Assembly (NCBI GenBank): GCA_020634815.1
Contig: JACKBA010000020.1
Location: 42,907-106,906, forward strand
Source of the DNA: Caldilineaceae bacterium
Lineage (GTDB): Bacteria > Chloroflexota > Anaerolineae > Caldilineales > Caldilineaceae
Reading direction: 5' to 3'
DNA length: 64,000 nt
Position numbers and translations under genes: made by a program. Within the stretch, counting starts at the first letter, position 1, and each line of letters starts with the position of its first letter. Positions 22,944-32,433 of the stretch are shown in pieces. The notes under the pieces were generated by a model. It worked only from the letters and a program-made list of their open reading frames with translations, was not told where the DNA came from and did no database searches.

Positions 22944-24104
22944 CTATGGCCCGTCCGCGGCCACGGCGTGGTAGAGCGCGGCCGTCTCCGCCGCGCAGCT
23001 TTCCCAGCGGAAGCAGGCGGCCTGCGGCGGACCGAGCGCTCGCATGGCGTCGGCCAGTGCTGGCTGCGTGAGAACGAGCGCGACGGCGTCGGCCAGTGCG
23101 ACCGGGTCGTGCGGATCGACGAGCAGCGCGGCGTCGCCGGCCACCTCGGGCAGGCTGCTGACGTTGCTGCACACCACCGGCGCGGCACACGCCATCGCCT
23201 CCAGCACGGGGAAGCCAAAGCCTTCGTAGAGGCTGGGCAGCAGCACGCACGCCGCACCCGTGTAGAGTGCCGGCAGGTCGGCGGCAGGGACGTAGCCCCC
23301 AAAGATCACGTCATCGGCCAGACCCAGCTCGTCGACGAGACGGCGGATGGGCTCGAAGAGCCAGCCGCGCCCGCCGGCAATGACCAGGCGATGGGGCAGA
23401 CCCGCCGCCTTGAGCCGTGCCAACGCGTGCAGCGCCACCGCATGATTCTTGCGCGGCTCCAGCGTTCCGACCATGAGCAGGTAGGGCCGGGCCGGACTGT
23501 AGCGCGCCGCCACAGTCGCCACCTCCGCTTCCCCGGCCGGGCGAAAGCCGGCGTCGATACCCTCGTAGATGACGTGGATCTTCGCTGGCGCCACGCCGTA
23601 CAACTCCACGAGATCGCGCTGCGTGTGGCGGCTCACGGCGATGATGGCATCGGCCGCGCGCGCAAAGAGCCGCATGCCCACCTTGAGGAACCAGGTGTTA
23701 CGCCGCGTGTGGTGCTCGGGATAGCGCTCGAAGATCAGGTCGTGCACAGTGAGCACCGTGGGCGTGCGCAGATAGGGCAGCAGGTGCTCGGTGGCATGGT
23801 AGAGTGCGGGCGGCTGCGTCTGTTGCGCGACGAGGCGGGAGACCGGCGCATAGGGGCGACGAGCAAGCTGGCTGGCCAGCACGCTCAGCCGCCACGCGTA
23901 CTGCCCCAGCGCGATGGTGTCGGCCGGGACGCTGCCCAGGCTTTCCGGCACGGTGTGGCCGCTGTGCGCGTTGTAGAAAAGGCGCAGATCGACCGCAGCC
24001 GCCTGGTCACGCCGCAAGTGAACGGCCAGCCGCTCGGCATAGCGCGCCAGCCCTGCACCCTGGTGTACGGCCGGGCCGATGTCGTAGCGAACGGAAACGG
24101 TCAC
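22944..24104 (-). CDS. Glycosyltransferase family 4
   Basis: TVHDL, VGTLEPRKN and PSLYEGFGFPVLEAMAC motifs. Confidence 0.95.
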   Translation of the reverse strand: MTVSVRYDIGPAVHQGAGLARYAERLAVHLRRDQAAAVDLRLFYNAHSGHTVPESLGSVPADTIALGQYAWRLSVLASQLARRPYAPVSRLVAQQTQPPALYHATEHLLPYLRTPTVLTVHDLIFERYPEHHTRRNTWFLKVGMRLFARAADAIIAVSRHTQRDLVELYGVAPAKIHVIYEGIDAGFRPAGEAEVATVAARYSPARPYLLMVGTLEPRKNHAVALHALARLKAAGLPHRLVIAGGRGWLFEPIRRLVDELGLADDVIFGGYVPAADLPALYTGAACVLLPSLYEGFGFPVLEAMACAAPVVCSNVSSLPEVAGDAALLVDPHDPVALADAVALVLTQPALADAMRALGPPQAACFRWESCAAETAALYHAVAADGP

Positions 24105-24110
24105 GCGTCC

Positions 24111-24773
24111 CTACTCGGCGAGCAGCGCCTGGATGCGGCTGACGATCATCTCCATCGCCACACGATTGTTGCCGCCCTGGGGGACGATGATGTCGGCATA
24201 GCGCTTGCTGGGCTCCACGAACTCCATGTGCATGGGACGCACCGTGCCCAGATATTGCTTGACGACGGAGTCGAGGCTGCGACCGCGCTCCACCATGTCG
24301 CGACGCAGGCGGCGGATAAAGCGGATGTCGGCATCAGTGTCGACAAAGATGCGCATGTCCATCAGCTCGCGCAGCGCCGGCTCCGTGTAGATCAGAATGC
24401 CCTCCACCAGGATGACCTTGGCCGGGTTGACGCGCTGCGTCTCCCGGGCGCGGTTGTGCGCGGCGAAGTCATAGAGCGGCATGTCGATGGGGCGTCCGGC
24501 GCGCAATTCGCGCAGGTGGCGCACCAGCAGCAACGTCTCCAGGCTGTCGGGGTGGTCGTAGTTGGTCTGCGACCGCTCCTCCGGCGTGAGATGGCTCTGG
24601 TCCTTGTAATAGTTGTCATGCTGGATATAGGCCAGGTGCTCGCGCCCCACCGCCTCCCAGATGCGGCTGCTGACGGTTGTCTTGCCGCTGCCCGTGCCGC
24701 CGGCCACACCGATGACGGTGACGCGGCCGCCGGCGCCTTCCTCGAGCACGGCCATGGGTTCGCTGCTGCTCAT
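24111..24773 (-). CDS. udk: Uridine kinase
   Basis: GVAGGTGSGKTT, DNYYKD, NYDHPD, VEGIL and FVEPSKRYAD motifs. Confidence 0.95.
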   Translation of the reverse strand: MSSSEPMAVLEEGAGGRVTVIGVAGGTGSGKTTVSSRIWEAVGREHLAYIQHDNYYKDQSHLTPEERSQTNYDHPDSLETLLLVRHLRELRAGRPIDMPLYDFAAHNRARETQRVNPAKVILVEGILIYTEPALRELMDMRIFVDTDADIRFIRRLRRDMVERGRSLDSVVKQYLGTVRPMHMEFVEPSKRYADIIVPQGGNNRVAMEMIVSRIQALLAE

Positions 24774-26287
24774 GCTGCCTGCTCCTGTTCCTCGCTTGCC
24801 GCCGTCTGTTCGGCATGGCGCCGGCGCACACTCGCCAGCGCGTCCGGCCGGTCGGTCTGGATGACGAGCACGCTGCGCTCGACGGGCCACGGCCCGCTCT
24901 GCGCCAGCAAAAAGGCCGGTCGCCGCCGGAAACCCCACAGCCCGGCAAGCGCCAACACTACTGCGGGCAGCACCAGCCACAGGCCGGGCGACGTGTTGGC
25001 CTGCACCTGCATCATGGGCATGGGCACGAAGCCGAGCGGAATCTCGCCAAAGGGCGTGGCAACGCGCTCGACCTGGCTGCGGCCGACCGTGAAGCGCTGC
25101 ACCGGCTCGTCGCGATCGCCCTGGATCACCTCGACCACGAACGAGTCATCGGCCGCCGGCGCGGTGCCGTTGTCCTGGCGGATGATGCGCAGCCCCACGC
25201 CCTGCTGCGGCAGCACCAGCGTCTCCTCGCTGCCGGGGCTGGGAAAGCCGAGACCGAGCGCGGCCACGGGGCTGGCCTGGCCAGGGCGCGCCAGTTGCGC
25301 CGAATCGTCGATGGTGTGCACGAGCAGGCCGGGCGGGCCAGGCTGAGCATTGATGGCGACGCCGTTGACCGTGGCGCGCACGCGCTCCTCCAGCGGGAAC
25401 TGGCGCCGCTCGCCGTTGACCGCCACGCTCACCACCGGCCCCACGCTGTTCGCCCGCGGGTAGAGCAACTCGTACTCGAAGGTGACGCCCAGGACGGGCT
25501 CCGATGCACGCTCGGCGGGGAGCAGCGGCGACGGCAGAAACTGACGGCCGGCCACGCTGTTCCACCACATGGCGGCCAGAATCAGAATCATGGCGATGGG
25601 CAGCAGCGGGCGCAGCAGCACCTCCAGCACGCCGCGCTGGCCCAGCAGCCGCTCCTCCAGCACGGAGTCCGGCGCGGGCGTGCTCTCCGGCGCCGGCGCA
25701 ACGGCAGGCCGCACGCGCACGGTGCGCCGGTCAATCCGCGCGGCCCAGGCAGCGGTCTCCGCTTCCACCTCGGCGGCGACGGCCAGCGGCGCGGCCGGGA
25801 AGGCGGCGCGCCAGCGCAACACGCGCACCGGCAGGCTCACCGGCACCGGCTCACCGCCCGGCTGGCTGCTCTGGTCGAGCGCGGCGGGCAACTGGCGAAA
25901 GCGCACAGCAAAGAGGATGGCGTTGGCGCTCTGCACCAGGAGCACGAAGAAGGCCGCCACAAGCAGCACACGGAAGGCCGGGCTGTGCAGCACATCGAAG
26001 AGGCCGAGGCTGCGCAGCCACGGTCCGGCCGCACCGAACGCCTCGGCGGTGGCCGTCAGCCAGCGATCGGCCGCGGCCGGCTCATCCTGGAGCTGGCCCG
26101 GGAGTTGCGGCAGCAGCGCACCGGCGGTGAGCAGCACGCCCAGCAGGCCGGCAATCGCCAGCAGCAGCCACGGGTCGCAGAGCAGTTGCCACGCAGTCGT
26201 GCCGACATCGCGGCCATCGGCGGCGGTATCGGGCGGGGCGGCGGATGGCGCTGCCGGCGGCACGGCGGGCACGGTTGGTTCACGCAT
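24770..26287 (-). CDS. ResB-like membrane protein (cytochrome c biogenesis family)
   Basis: N-terminal GALLPQ...LGLFDVLHSPAF pattern, large soluble domain, C-terminal PGLWLV TM. Confidence 0.6.
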   Translation of the reverse strand: MREPTVPAVPPAAPSAAPPDTAADGRDVGTTAWQLLCDPWLLLAIAGLLGVLLTAGALLPQLPGQLQDEPAAADRWLTATAEAFGAAGPWLRSLGLFDVLHSPAFRVLLVAAFFVLLVQSANAILFAVRFRQLPAALDQSSQPGGEPVPVSLPVRVLRWRAAFPAAPLAVAAEVEAETAAWAARIDRRTVRVRPAVAPAPESTPAPDSVLEERLLGQRGVLEVLLRPLLPIAMILILAAMWWNSVAGRQFLPSPLLPAERASEPVLGVTFEYELLYPRANSVGPVVSVAVNGERRQFPLEERVRATVNGVAINAQPGPPGLLVHTIDDSAQLARPGQASPVAALGLGFPSPGSEETLVLPQQGVGLRIIRQDNGTAPAADDSFVVEVIQGDRDEPVQRFTVGRSQVERVATPFGEIPLGFVPMPMMQVQANTSPGLWLVLPAVVLALAGLWGFRRRPAFLLAQSGPWPVERSVLVIQTDRPDALASVRRRHAEQTAASEEQEQAA

Positions 26288-26292
26288 AATAT

Positions 26293-29103
26293 CTACAGAT
26301 TGAACCATTTTTCGACGGCGCTCGCCAGATTGGAGAGCGGCGCGCGGCGCGTCGTACAGTCGGGCAGCGCGTCGAGGAAGGCCTGGCCGTACTGCTTGCG
26401 CCAGACGCGGCTGTCGAGCAGCACGACCACGCCGCGATCGCCGGCGCGGCGGATGAGCCGGCCAAAGCCCTGGCGGAAGCGCAGCACCGCATCGGGCACC
26501 ATGTAGTCGTTGAAGGGATCCTCGAACTCGGCGCTGCGCGCGGCCACGATGGGATCGCTCGGCACGGCAAAGGGCAACCGCGCAATGAGCAGGCAGCGCA
26601 GCTCGTCACCCGGCAGATCGACCCCTTCCCAGAAGCTGCGCGTGCCCAGCAGCACCGCCTGCTCGCTGGCGCGGAACTCGCGCAGCAGGCGGCTGCGGCT
26701 GCTCTGCCCGTGTTGCAGCACCGTCACGCCCAGACGTTCCAGCGGCGTGCGGATGGCATCGGCCGTGGCCCGCACCTGCTGGTAGGAGGTGAAGAGCGCC
26801 AGCGTGCGCCCCTGGCACGCCGCGGCCGCGTCGGCCACCGCCTGCTCCACGAACTGCTGATAGCGCCCGTCGTTGGGCAACGGCATGTCGCTGGGCATGT
26901 AGAGCAACACATTGCGCTTGTAATCGAAGGGGCTCTCCACCGTGGAGACCTTGACATCCCACAGCCCCAGCCGCTCGCGCAGGTAATTGAAGCCGGAGCC
27001 GGTGCGCAACGTCGCACCCGTGAAGATCGCGCTGCGCCGCGCCAGCACGAGACCCTGCTCCACCATCTCCTGCACCGTGATGGGCGCCTGCGCCAGCGTG
27101 ACCACCTCGGCGTTGTCACCCACCTCCATCCAGGCGACCGCGTCGCGGCGGCTGCCGCGCGGCGCCAGCACAATCTCGTCCAGACGCCGGGCGAGTTCGT
27201 CGAGATCGCCGGCCACGACGCGGCACTCGGCCACAAGGCTGACGGTGCGCTCGTCCTCATCCCAGCGCGCGTGATCCATGATCGCGATGACGCCGGCGAG
27301 TTCCTCCCCCAGCGTGCGCAGCGCACGGCCGGCGCGGTCCCACTCGATCTCCACCTCGCTCCACAGCGGCTGGCTGCGCACCTTGCCGTCGAGCGCCAGA
27401 CGTTGCACGTAGCCCCCGTCGCTGCGAAAGTCGCTGTGGCCGCGCGCAAAGGTGGCCAGCAACTCCGCAAAGGCGGCGAGACGCTGGCTCGTGCGTCGCG
27501 CCTGTGTGGCCAGCGCGGGCGCCGCTTCGAGCAGGGGCTGGAGCCGGGCGTCGGCGGCGCGGCGGTGCAGGTGCGTTGCCAGATCGCCTTCGACGGCCAG
27601 CCGGCTGAGAGCCGCGCTGGCGTCCGACCACTCGACACGATAGGTCAACTGGTCGGTGGCGGCTTCTTCCAGCCGGTGCGCCTCGTCGACGACCAGGTGC
27701 GCGTAGGGCGGCAGCACGCGGCCTTCCGCCGCCAGATCGGCCAGCAGCAGCGCGTGGTTGACGACGACGATGTGCGCCTGCTCGGCGCGGCGCTTCGCCT
27801 CCAGGTAGAAGTCGGCGTCGGGCAAGCCGTAGGCCGCACCCAGCGGACGGCCGCAGCGCTCGGGCGCGCACGCCATGCCGTCGGCCCCAAAGCGCCGCCA
27901 GATCGCCTGCTCCGCGTTGTTGAAGAACGCGAGTTCGGCCGCGTCGCCCGTCTGCGTCGTGGGCAGCCAGACCAGCACCTTGGCCAGCACCGTGAGCTCG
28001 CGCGGGGTGAGACGGTGATTCGTGCGCCATTCGTGGAAGCGCCGCGTACAGATGTAGTGCTGGCGCCCCTTGAGCAGCGCCACGCGCAGCGGCGGTAGCC
28101 CGCGATCGGTCAGCAGTGCCGCCACCTGCGGGATATCTTTCTCCAGCAACTGCTCTTGCAGGTTGATGGTGTTGGTGGCGACGACGACGCGATCGTCGTT
28201 GGCCATGGCCCAAAGTGCAGCCGGCAGCAGATAGGCCAGGCTCTTGCCCGTGCCCGTGCCCGCTTCGACGAGCAGGTGGTCGCCCTCGTTGAGCGCGTGC
28301 GTCACCTGCTGCGCCATGGCGACCTGCCCGCTGCGCCGCTCGAAGGTGGGGCCAAGCAGCGCGTGGAGCGGCCCGTCGTCGGCAAAGATGGCATCGACCA
28401 GCGCCGGCGCCACGGCCACCGGCTCGCCCTCCGCGCCGGCGACGGCGCGCTCAGCGATCGGCACGCGCTGAAAGGCGGGTTGCGCCCCACCCGGCGGCGC
28501 ATCGGCCAGCAACGCGGCGCCTTCGGCAAAGAAGCCGGCCAACGGCCAGCCGCTCTCCTCGGCACTTTCGGCAATGAGGCGCACGATGGCCGGCGGCAAG
28601 GCCAGCATATGGGCGTGCAACACGCGGAAGAGATGGCCCGTGGCCTCGGCGTCGTCGGGCGCGCGGTGCGCGTCGACGAGCGGGATGCCGAAACGCAGGC
28701 ACAGCTCGCCCAGGTTGTAGCTGGCCGCGCCCGGCAGCAGGATCGTGGCCAGCTCGACCGTGTCGTAGGCCGGGCGGCGGAAGTTGACGCCGGCCGCGCG
28801 CAGAAAGCCGAGATCGAAATCGGCGTTATGGGCGATGACAGCGCTGACTTCGCTGTCGACAAAGGCGAGCACCTCGGGCAGCACGCGCTCGATGGTGGGC
28901 GCATCGACCACGTCGGCGTCGCGAATGCCGGTGATCTGCGTGATGAGGCGGGGAATGGCGCGCTGTGGATTGACCAGGGTCTTGAAGCGATCGATGACGC
29001 GGTCGCCGCTGAACTTGACCGCGCCGATCTCGATGATCGCATCGCGGTTTTGGTCCAGGCCGGTGGTCTCCAGGTCAAGCGCGACGTAGACGCGCTCTGC
29101 CAT
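26293..29103 (-). CDS. dinG: DnaQ exonuclease-DinG helicase fusion
   Basis: DLETTGL, HNADFD, HRAPDDA (DEDDh exonuclease); EAGTGTGKS, DEAH, SFWEGVD and QGFGRLIR (helicase). Confidence 0.93.
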   Translation of the reverse strand: MAERVYVALDLETTGLDQNRDAIIEIGAVKFSGDRVIDRFKTLVNPQRAIPRLITQITGIRDADVVDAPTIERVLPEVLAFVDSEVSAVIAHNADFDLGFLRAAGVNFRRPAYDTVELATILLPGAASYNLGELCLRFGIPLVDAHRAPDDAEATGHLFRVLHAHMLALPPAIVRLIAESAEESGWPLAGFFAEGAALLADAPPGGAQPAFQRVPIAERAVAGAEGEPVAVAPALVDAIFADDGPLHALLGPTFERRSGQVAMAQQVTHALNEGDHLLVEAGTGTGKSLAYLLPAALWAMANDDRVVVATNTINLQEQLLEKDIPQVAALLTDRGLPPLRVALLKGRQHYICTRRFHEWRTNHRLTPRELTVLAKVLVWLPTTQTGDAAELAFFNNAEQAIWRRFGADGMACAPERCGRPLGAAYGLPDADFYLEAKRRAEQAHIVVVNHALLLADLAAEGRVLPPYAHLVVDEAHRLEEAATDQLTYRVEWSDASAALSRLAVEGDLATHLHRRAADARLQPLLEAAPALATQARRTSQRLAAFAELLATFARGHSDFRSDGGYVQRLALDGKVRSQPLWSEVEIEWDRAGRALRTLGEELAGVIAIMDHARWDEDERTVSLVAECRVVAGDLDELARRLDEIVLAPRGSRRDAVAWMEVGDNAEVVTLAQAPITVQEMVEQGLVLARRSAIFTGATLRTGSGFNYLRERLGLWDVKVSTVESPFDYKRNVLLYMPSDMPLPNDGRYQQFVEQAVADAAAACQGRTLALFTSYQQVRATADAIRTPLERLGVTVLQHGQSSRSRLLREFRASEQAVLLGTRSFWEGVDLPGDELRCLLIARLPFAVPSDPIVAARSAEFEDPFNDYMVPDAVLRFRQGFGRLIRRAGDRGVVVLLDSRVWRKQYGQAFLDALPDCTTRRAPLSNLASAVEKWFNL

Positions 29104-29173
29104 GGGGTGGGATTTCCTTGCTAGGTGTAGGTACGCGGCGCGCGGCCGGTACGCGAGACAGGATCAGGCCCTG

Positions 29174-29182
29174 ATTATAGCA
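29174..29182 (-). promoter_or_regulatory. Extended -10 promoter of dinG
   Basis: TGCTATAAT on the minus strand, ~70 bp upstream of ATG 29103. Confidence 0.55.
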
Positions 29183-29328
29183 GGGAAGGCACAAAGCCGG
29201 AACCCGCAGCGCACGATCGGCGGCGGTATGGGGCAGGCTGGCGCGCGCAGCCGTCGCATCCCCGCCGCCCAGCCCGAGCGCGGCGTCCTCACCCTGCCAA
29301 TCGGCCGGCCGCGTAACTTGCAAGGCCA

Positions 29329-29582
29329 GCGCCCCGCCGGTTGGAAACCGGCGTCTGGCAGGCAAAACCGGCTCGAAGCCGGTTGGCGGGCGACGGCGCC
29401 GGGATCGCCGAGCCCTAGCTCGCCCGCGCGCGCCCCGCCGGTTGGAAACCGGCGTCTGCCAGGCAAAACCGGCTCGAAGCCGGTTGGGTGGGACGGCATC
29501 GGGATCGCCGAGCCCCAGCTCGGCCTGGCCGGGCCAAACCGACGATAGCGGATGAAGACGGGAACGGATGCTGGGCCTGGCC
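29329..29582. repeat. Two tandem copies of a double-hairpin REP-like repeat (~101-bp period) plus tail
   Basis: CGCCGGTT-GGA-AACCGGCG-tctg(g/c)caggcaa-AACCGGCT-CGA-AGCCGGTT at ~29329 and ~29430, each followed by GGGATCGCCGAGCCC(T/C)AGCTCG. Confidence 0.9.
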
Positions 29583-29756
29583 AGACGGACTACTGCCGAT
29601 GAAGACGGGAACAGATGACAGCGGATAGCGACGGGTACGAAGGCTGGGGCATGTGCTGATTCCAGCATCGCATCGAGCCGTGATCGCCAGTCGGCCAAGG
29701 TGCCGGATTGGTGTAGAATAGGGCAAACTGAAATCATGGTGTTCAGGAGGTGACTG

Positions 29757-30071
29757 ATGGCGATTGCCGAGCAAACGTTGACCAAGATTCAGTCTTTGGC
29801 CCGGCTTTATGAGGCTGGTTACAGTAGCAAAACCGTTGACGCAACGATTGCCAAATTGGTTGATATGGAGCGCAGTCGCCTGCAAGCTGAGGCAGATAAT
29901 CTGCTCGGCCAGATGAGGCATTTTGAGGCGACGTACAAGATGACATCTGCTGCGTTCTATCGCCGATTCCAGACCGGCGAGTTGGGTGACGACGCCGATC
30001 TCTTTGAGTGGAGCGCCCTCTACCAGATGTGGGTAGCCGTGGAGAGCCAGCTTCAGACCGTGCGCGACTAA
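29757..30071 (+). CDS. Putative antitoxin (TumA-like)
   Basis: FEATYKMTSAAFYRRFQTGELGDDADLFEW motif; strong RBS AGGAGG; adjacent to a DUF6516-like gene. Confidence 0.7.
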   Translation: MAIAEQTLTKIQSLARLYEAGYSSKTVDATIAKLVDMERSRLQAEADNLLGQMRHFEATYKMTSAAFYRRFQTGELGDDADLFEWSALYQMWVAVESQLQTVRD

Positions 30072-30072
30072 C

Positions 30073-30459
30073 ATGGACGCAGCAACGTACCTGGACTCGA
30101 TCCGGCTGTGCCTGACGACGAGCGATTTCGTGCAGGACGTGGAGATCGTCCGAGAAACGTCTGTGGAGAACCAGGGCTTCTTTCGTGCCCGCTTGCGCCT
30201 GCAAAACGGCGATTTTCTTGAAGTGTCCGAATTCTTTGTAGTTGAGCACGACCAGGTGGTCACCAAAGAATATCGCCATCAATGGATGGATCCGACTAGG
30301 CAACAACTTCGGAGGCGGTGGGACAACGCTCCGCACTATCCAGGGCTAGCCGGCTATCCCGATCATGTTCATGTCGAAGCAGAAAGCCGCGTGGAACCAG
30401 GCGCCCCCTTGAGTATCGTGGCGCTGATTCAACTTCTTGAGACGGAAACCGGCGCTTGA
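30073..30459 (+). CDS. DUF6516/TumE-like toxin
   Basis: EYRHQWMD...RRWDNAPHYP...YPDHVH motif. Confidence 0.75.
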   Translation: MDAATYLDSIRLCLTTSDFVQDVEIVRETSVENQGFFRARLRLQNGDFLEVSEFFVVEHDQVVTKEYRHQWMDPTRQQLRRRWDNAPHYPGLAGYPDHVHVEAESRVEPGAPLSIVALIQLLETETGA

Positions 30460-30602
30460 TGGCAGGCTCGCACGGGGCCTCCATTCTGACACAATGACGC
30501 TGCTGGACAACTGAATGGTAAGAGAGTAGGGGTCAGCGCTGGGGCGCTGGCCCCTGTTGCTTGCGACGGCCTGGCCAGTCTCGGCGCGGTGGGCAAACGG
30601 CT

Positions 30603-30784
30603 GCGGATGGTGACGGGAACCGATGCTGGGCCTGGCCGGGCACGCCCCGCCGGTTCGAAACCGGCGTCTGGCAGGCAAAACCGGCTCGAAGCCGGTTGGG
30701 TGGGACGGCATTGGGATCGCCGAGCCCCAGCTCGGCCTGGCCGGGCCAAACCGACGACAGCCGATGAAAACGGAAACGGATGCC
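30603..30784. repeat. Third copy of the double-hairpin REP-like repeat with extended flank
   Basis: ~30643-30784 is nearly identical to ~29431-29571. Confidence 0.9.
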
Positions 30785-30995
30785 AGCCCCGCCAGCGAAC
30801 GACAGCGGATGGCGGCGAGAACGGATGCCGGGCCTTGCGTTTGCTCTGCCTGGCAGACGCCGCTTTCGCCATTCGCATCGAACAAGGTGCGCCGGCCACA
30901 ACACGGCCTATTGCGGGTACAAACGCCTGAATTTCGGACCGTATCGGAGCGCGTGGAAAGCCAGCCGCAAGAGATAGATTCCCGCGGCTGCGGCA

Positions 30996-31026
30996 TTGAC
31001 AGCAATACGGCAACCCAGTAAACTGG
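30996..31026 (+). promoter_or_regulatory. Sigma70 promoter (probably leaderless) with operator palindrome
   Basis: TTGACA (30996), 17-bp spacer, TAAACT (31019); ATG follows 6 nt after the -10; CCAGT-AA-ACTGG overlaps the -10. Confidence 0.7.
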
Positions 31027-31030
31027 TGGC

Positions 31031-31297
31031 ATGAAAGCAACCATTGAAGTGCCCGATGACCTGTATCGCCGTGTCAAGGCGAAGTCTGCTTTGCAAGGGC
31101 GTACCATTCGCGAAGTAACGATGGAACTCTACCAGGGCTGGCTGATGGAGGCACCGGCGGCGTCTGCTGCACTTTCGCCGGAACAGTGGCTGGAGGAATG
31201 GCGCAAGCTCGGTGAGGAAAGCTTGCGCGATGCCCCGTCTGGCCCGACGGCCACTGAAATTCTGGCTGCCGACCGCAACCGGCTGGAACCACGGTGA
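31031..31297 (+). CDS. Ribbon-helix-helix antitoxin (VapB-like)
   Basis: MKATIEVPDDLYRRVKAKSALQGRTIREV RHH pattern upstream of a PIN gene. Confidence 0.8.
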   Translation: MKATIEVPDDLYRRVKAKSALQGRTIREVTMELYQGWLMEAPAASAALSPEQWLEEWRKLGEESLRDAPSGPTATEILAADRNRLEPR

Positions 31298-31300
31298 CCA

Positions 31301-31717
31301 GTGCTGACCCTCGACGCCAATATCTGGACCGCAGCCTACGATCCCCGCGACGCGTTTCACGCACACAGCGCAGCCTTTCTTGGCGCAGTGACACGCCGTC
31401 GTCTCCCGCTCTATGGACCGGCATTTGTCGTCGTAGAGGTAGCGTGCGCACTGGCCCGGCGCGCGCAGAGTCCGGCTGCCGGAAAGGATGCACTGCAAAC
31501 ACTACGCGCGCATCCTCTCCTCATATTCCAGCCGCTGGATGAACACCTGCTTGCTGTCGCCGCCCACCTCGGGACTCAACAGTTGCTGCGCGGCGCTGAT
31601 GCACTCTATGCCGCCACTGCCGCAATTTGTGCCGCGCAATTGATTTCGTGGGACGACGAACTGATACGCCGCGCTGGGGCGGTCACGCCGACTGATTGGC
31701 TTGCAGCAAATCCATGA
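31301..31717 (+). CDS. vapC: PIN domain toxin (VapC-like)
   Basis: LTLDANIW, VEVACAL, LRGADALYAATA and LISWD motifs. Confidence 0.85.
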   Translation: MLTLDANIWTAAYDPRDAFHAHSAAFLGAVTRRRLPLYGPAFVVVEVACALARRAQSPAAGKDALQTLRAHPLLIFQPLDEHLLAVAAHLGTQQLLRGADALYAATAAICAAQLISWDDELIRRAGAVTPTDWLAANP

Positions 31718-31784
31718 CTGGCGCGAGTTGCCTGGCGGCAGCTTCGAGACGACGACTTGATGCTAGACGAGGCGGAGGATCAGT

Positions 31785-31928
31785 ATGTCCGATGATGATC
31801 GCATCCGGTTACAACACATGCTTGACGCCATCCATTTCGATATCAACCTCGACATCTTGTGGCGTACTGTCCAGGATGATCTGCCGCCGCTTGTTGTATT
31901 GCTCCAGAATCACCTTTTCGACAGATAG
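31785..31928 (+). pseudogene. Internally deleted HepT/DUF86 toxin, preceded by a possible MNT antitoxin 3' remnant
   Basis: MSDDDRIRLQHMLDAI joined in frame to HFDINLDILWRTVQDDLPPL (47 aa); upstream EAEDQYVR* overlaps the ATG. Confidence 0.75.
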
Positions 31929-31984
31929 CGCCCCGCCGGTTCGAAACCGGCGTCTGCCAGGCAAAACCGGCTCGAAGCCGGTGG
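31929..31984. repeat. Fourth copy of the double-hairpin REP-like repeat
   Basis: CGCCCCGCCGGTTCGAAACCGGCGTCTGCCAGGCAAAACCGGCTCGAAGCCGGT starts immediately after the TAG. Confidence 0.9.
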
Positions 31985-32070
31985 AGTGGATGGCACGGGC
32001 GATGGGCCAGCGCGCCGAAGCCGCCGGCCGATGAATGTTCAAAAATCAACCCGGCAATCGCGCCGTCGGC

Positions 32071-32190
32071 GCCGCCTTCGATTCAAATCGAGGCTGATAG
32101 CTCAAGTCGGCTACAAGCCGACTGGGGAGACGCCCGTCAGTCCACTTGAGTGGACTTTGGCTATCAGCCGGGAATTGATTCCCAGGCGGC
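32071..32190. repeat. 120-bp nested palindromic element with four hairpins
   Basis: GCCGCCT/AGGCGGC outer stem and GGCTGATAGC/GCTATCAGCC inner stem; hairpins TCGATT-CA-AATCGA, AGTCGGCT-ACA-AGCCGACT, AGTCCACT-TG-AGTGGACT and GGGAAT-TG-ATTCCC. Confidence 0.85.
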
Positions 32191-32307
32191 ACGACGTTAC
32201 CGGATCAAGTTCTCACCATTCATAAGCCGGCATCTGTTCCGATAATCCGCTCACACCAAGGCACAAAGGCACAAAGGGAAAGGCATTTTCCTCGTTGGGG
32301 GCGCCGA

Positions 32308-32395
32308 CGCGTGCCGCGATTGGGGAAGGTTTGCCGCGGCAAGAAAGGATCGCCGCGCCGCGAAACGCTCACGACGAAGGCACAACGGACGTCAA
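32308..32395. repeat. ~88-bp direct repeat, left copy
   Basis: CGCGTGCCGCGATTGGGGAAGGTTTGC...CAAGAAAGGATCGCCGC...ACGCTCACGACGAAGGCACAACGGACGTCAA matches 33879-33966. Confidence 0.85.
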
Positions 32396-32433
32396 GGGGC
32401 ACGACGGGATATGCGGCGAGAGGCAACTGGAAG

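Noticed and set aside
22833-25346. 837-aa + strand ORF and similar long antisense ORFs (e.g. 19703-21382, 24815-26506, 48757-50232)
   Set aside because: Shadow frames of well-supported opposite-strand genes in high-GC DNA, with no recognisable motifs.
29075-31107. Several overlapping ORFs across the REP-like repeats
   Set aside because: Translations of palindromic repeats, low-complexity and mutually overlapping.
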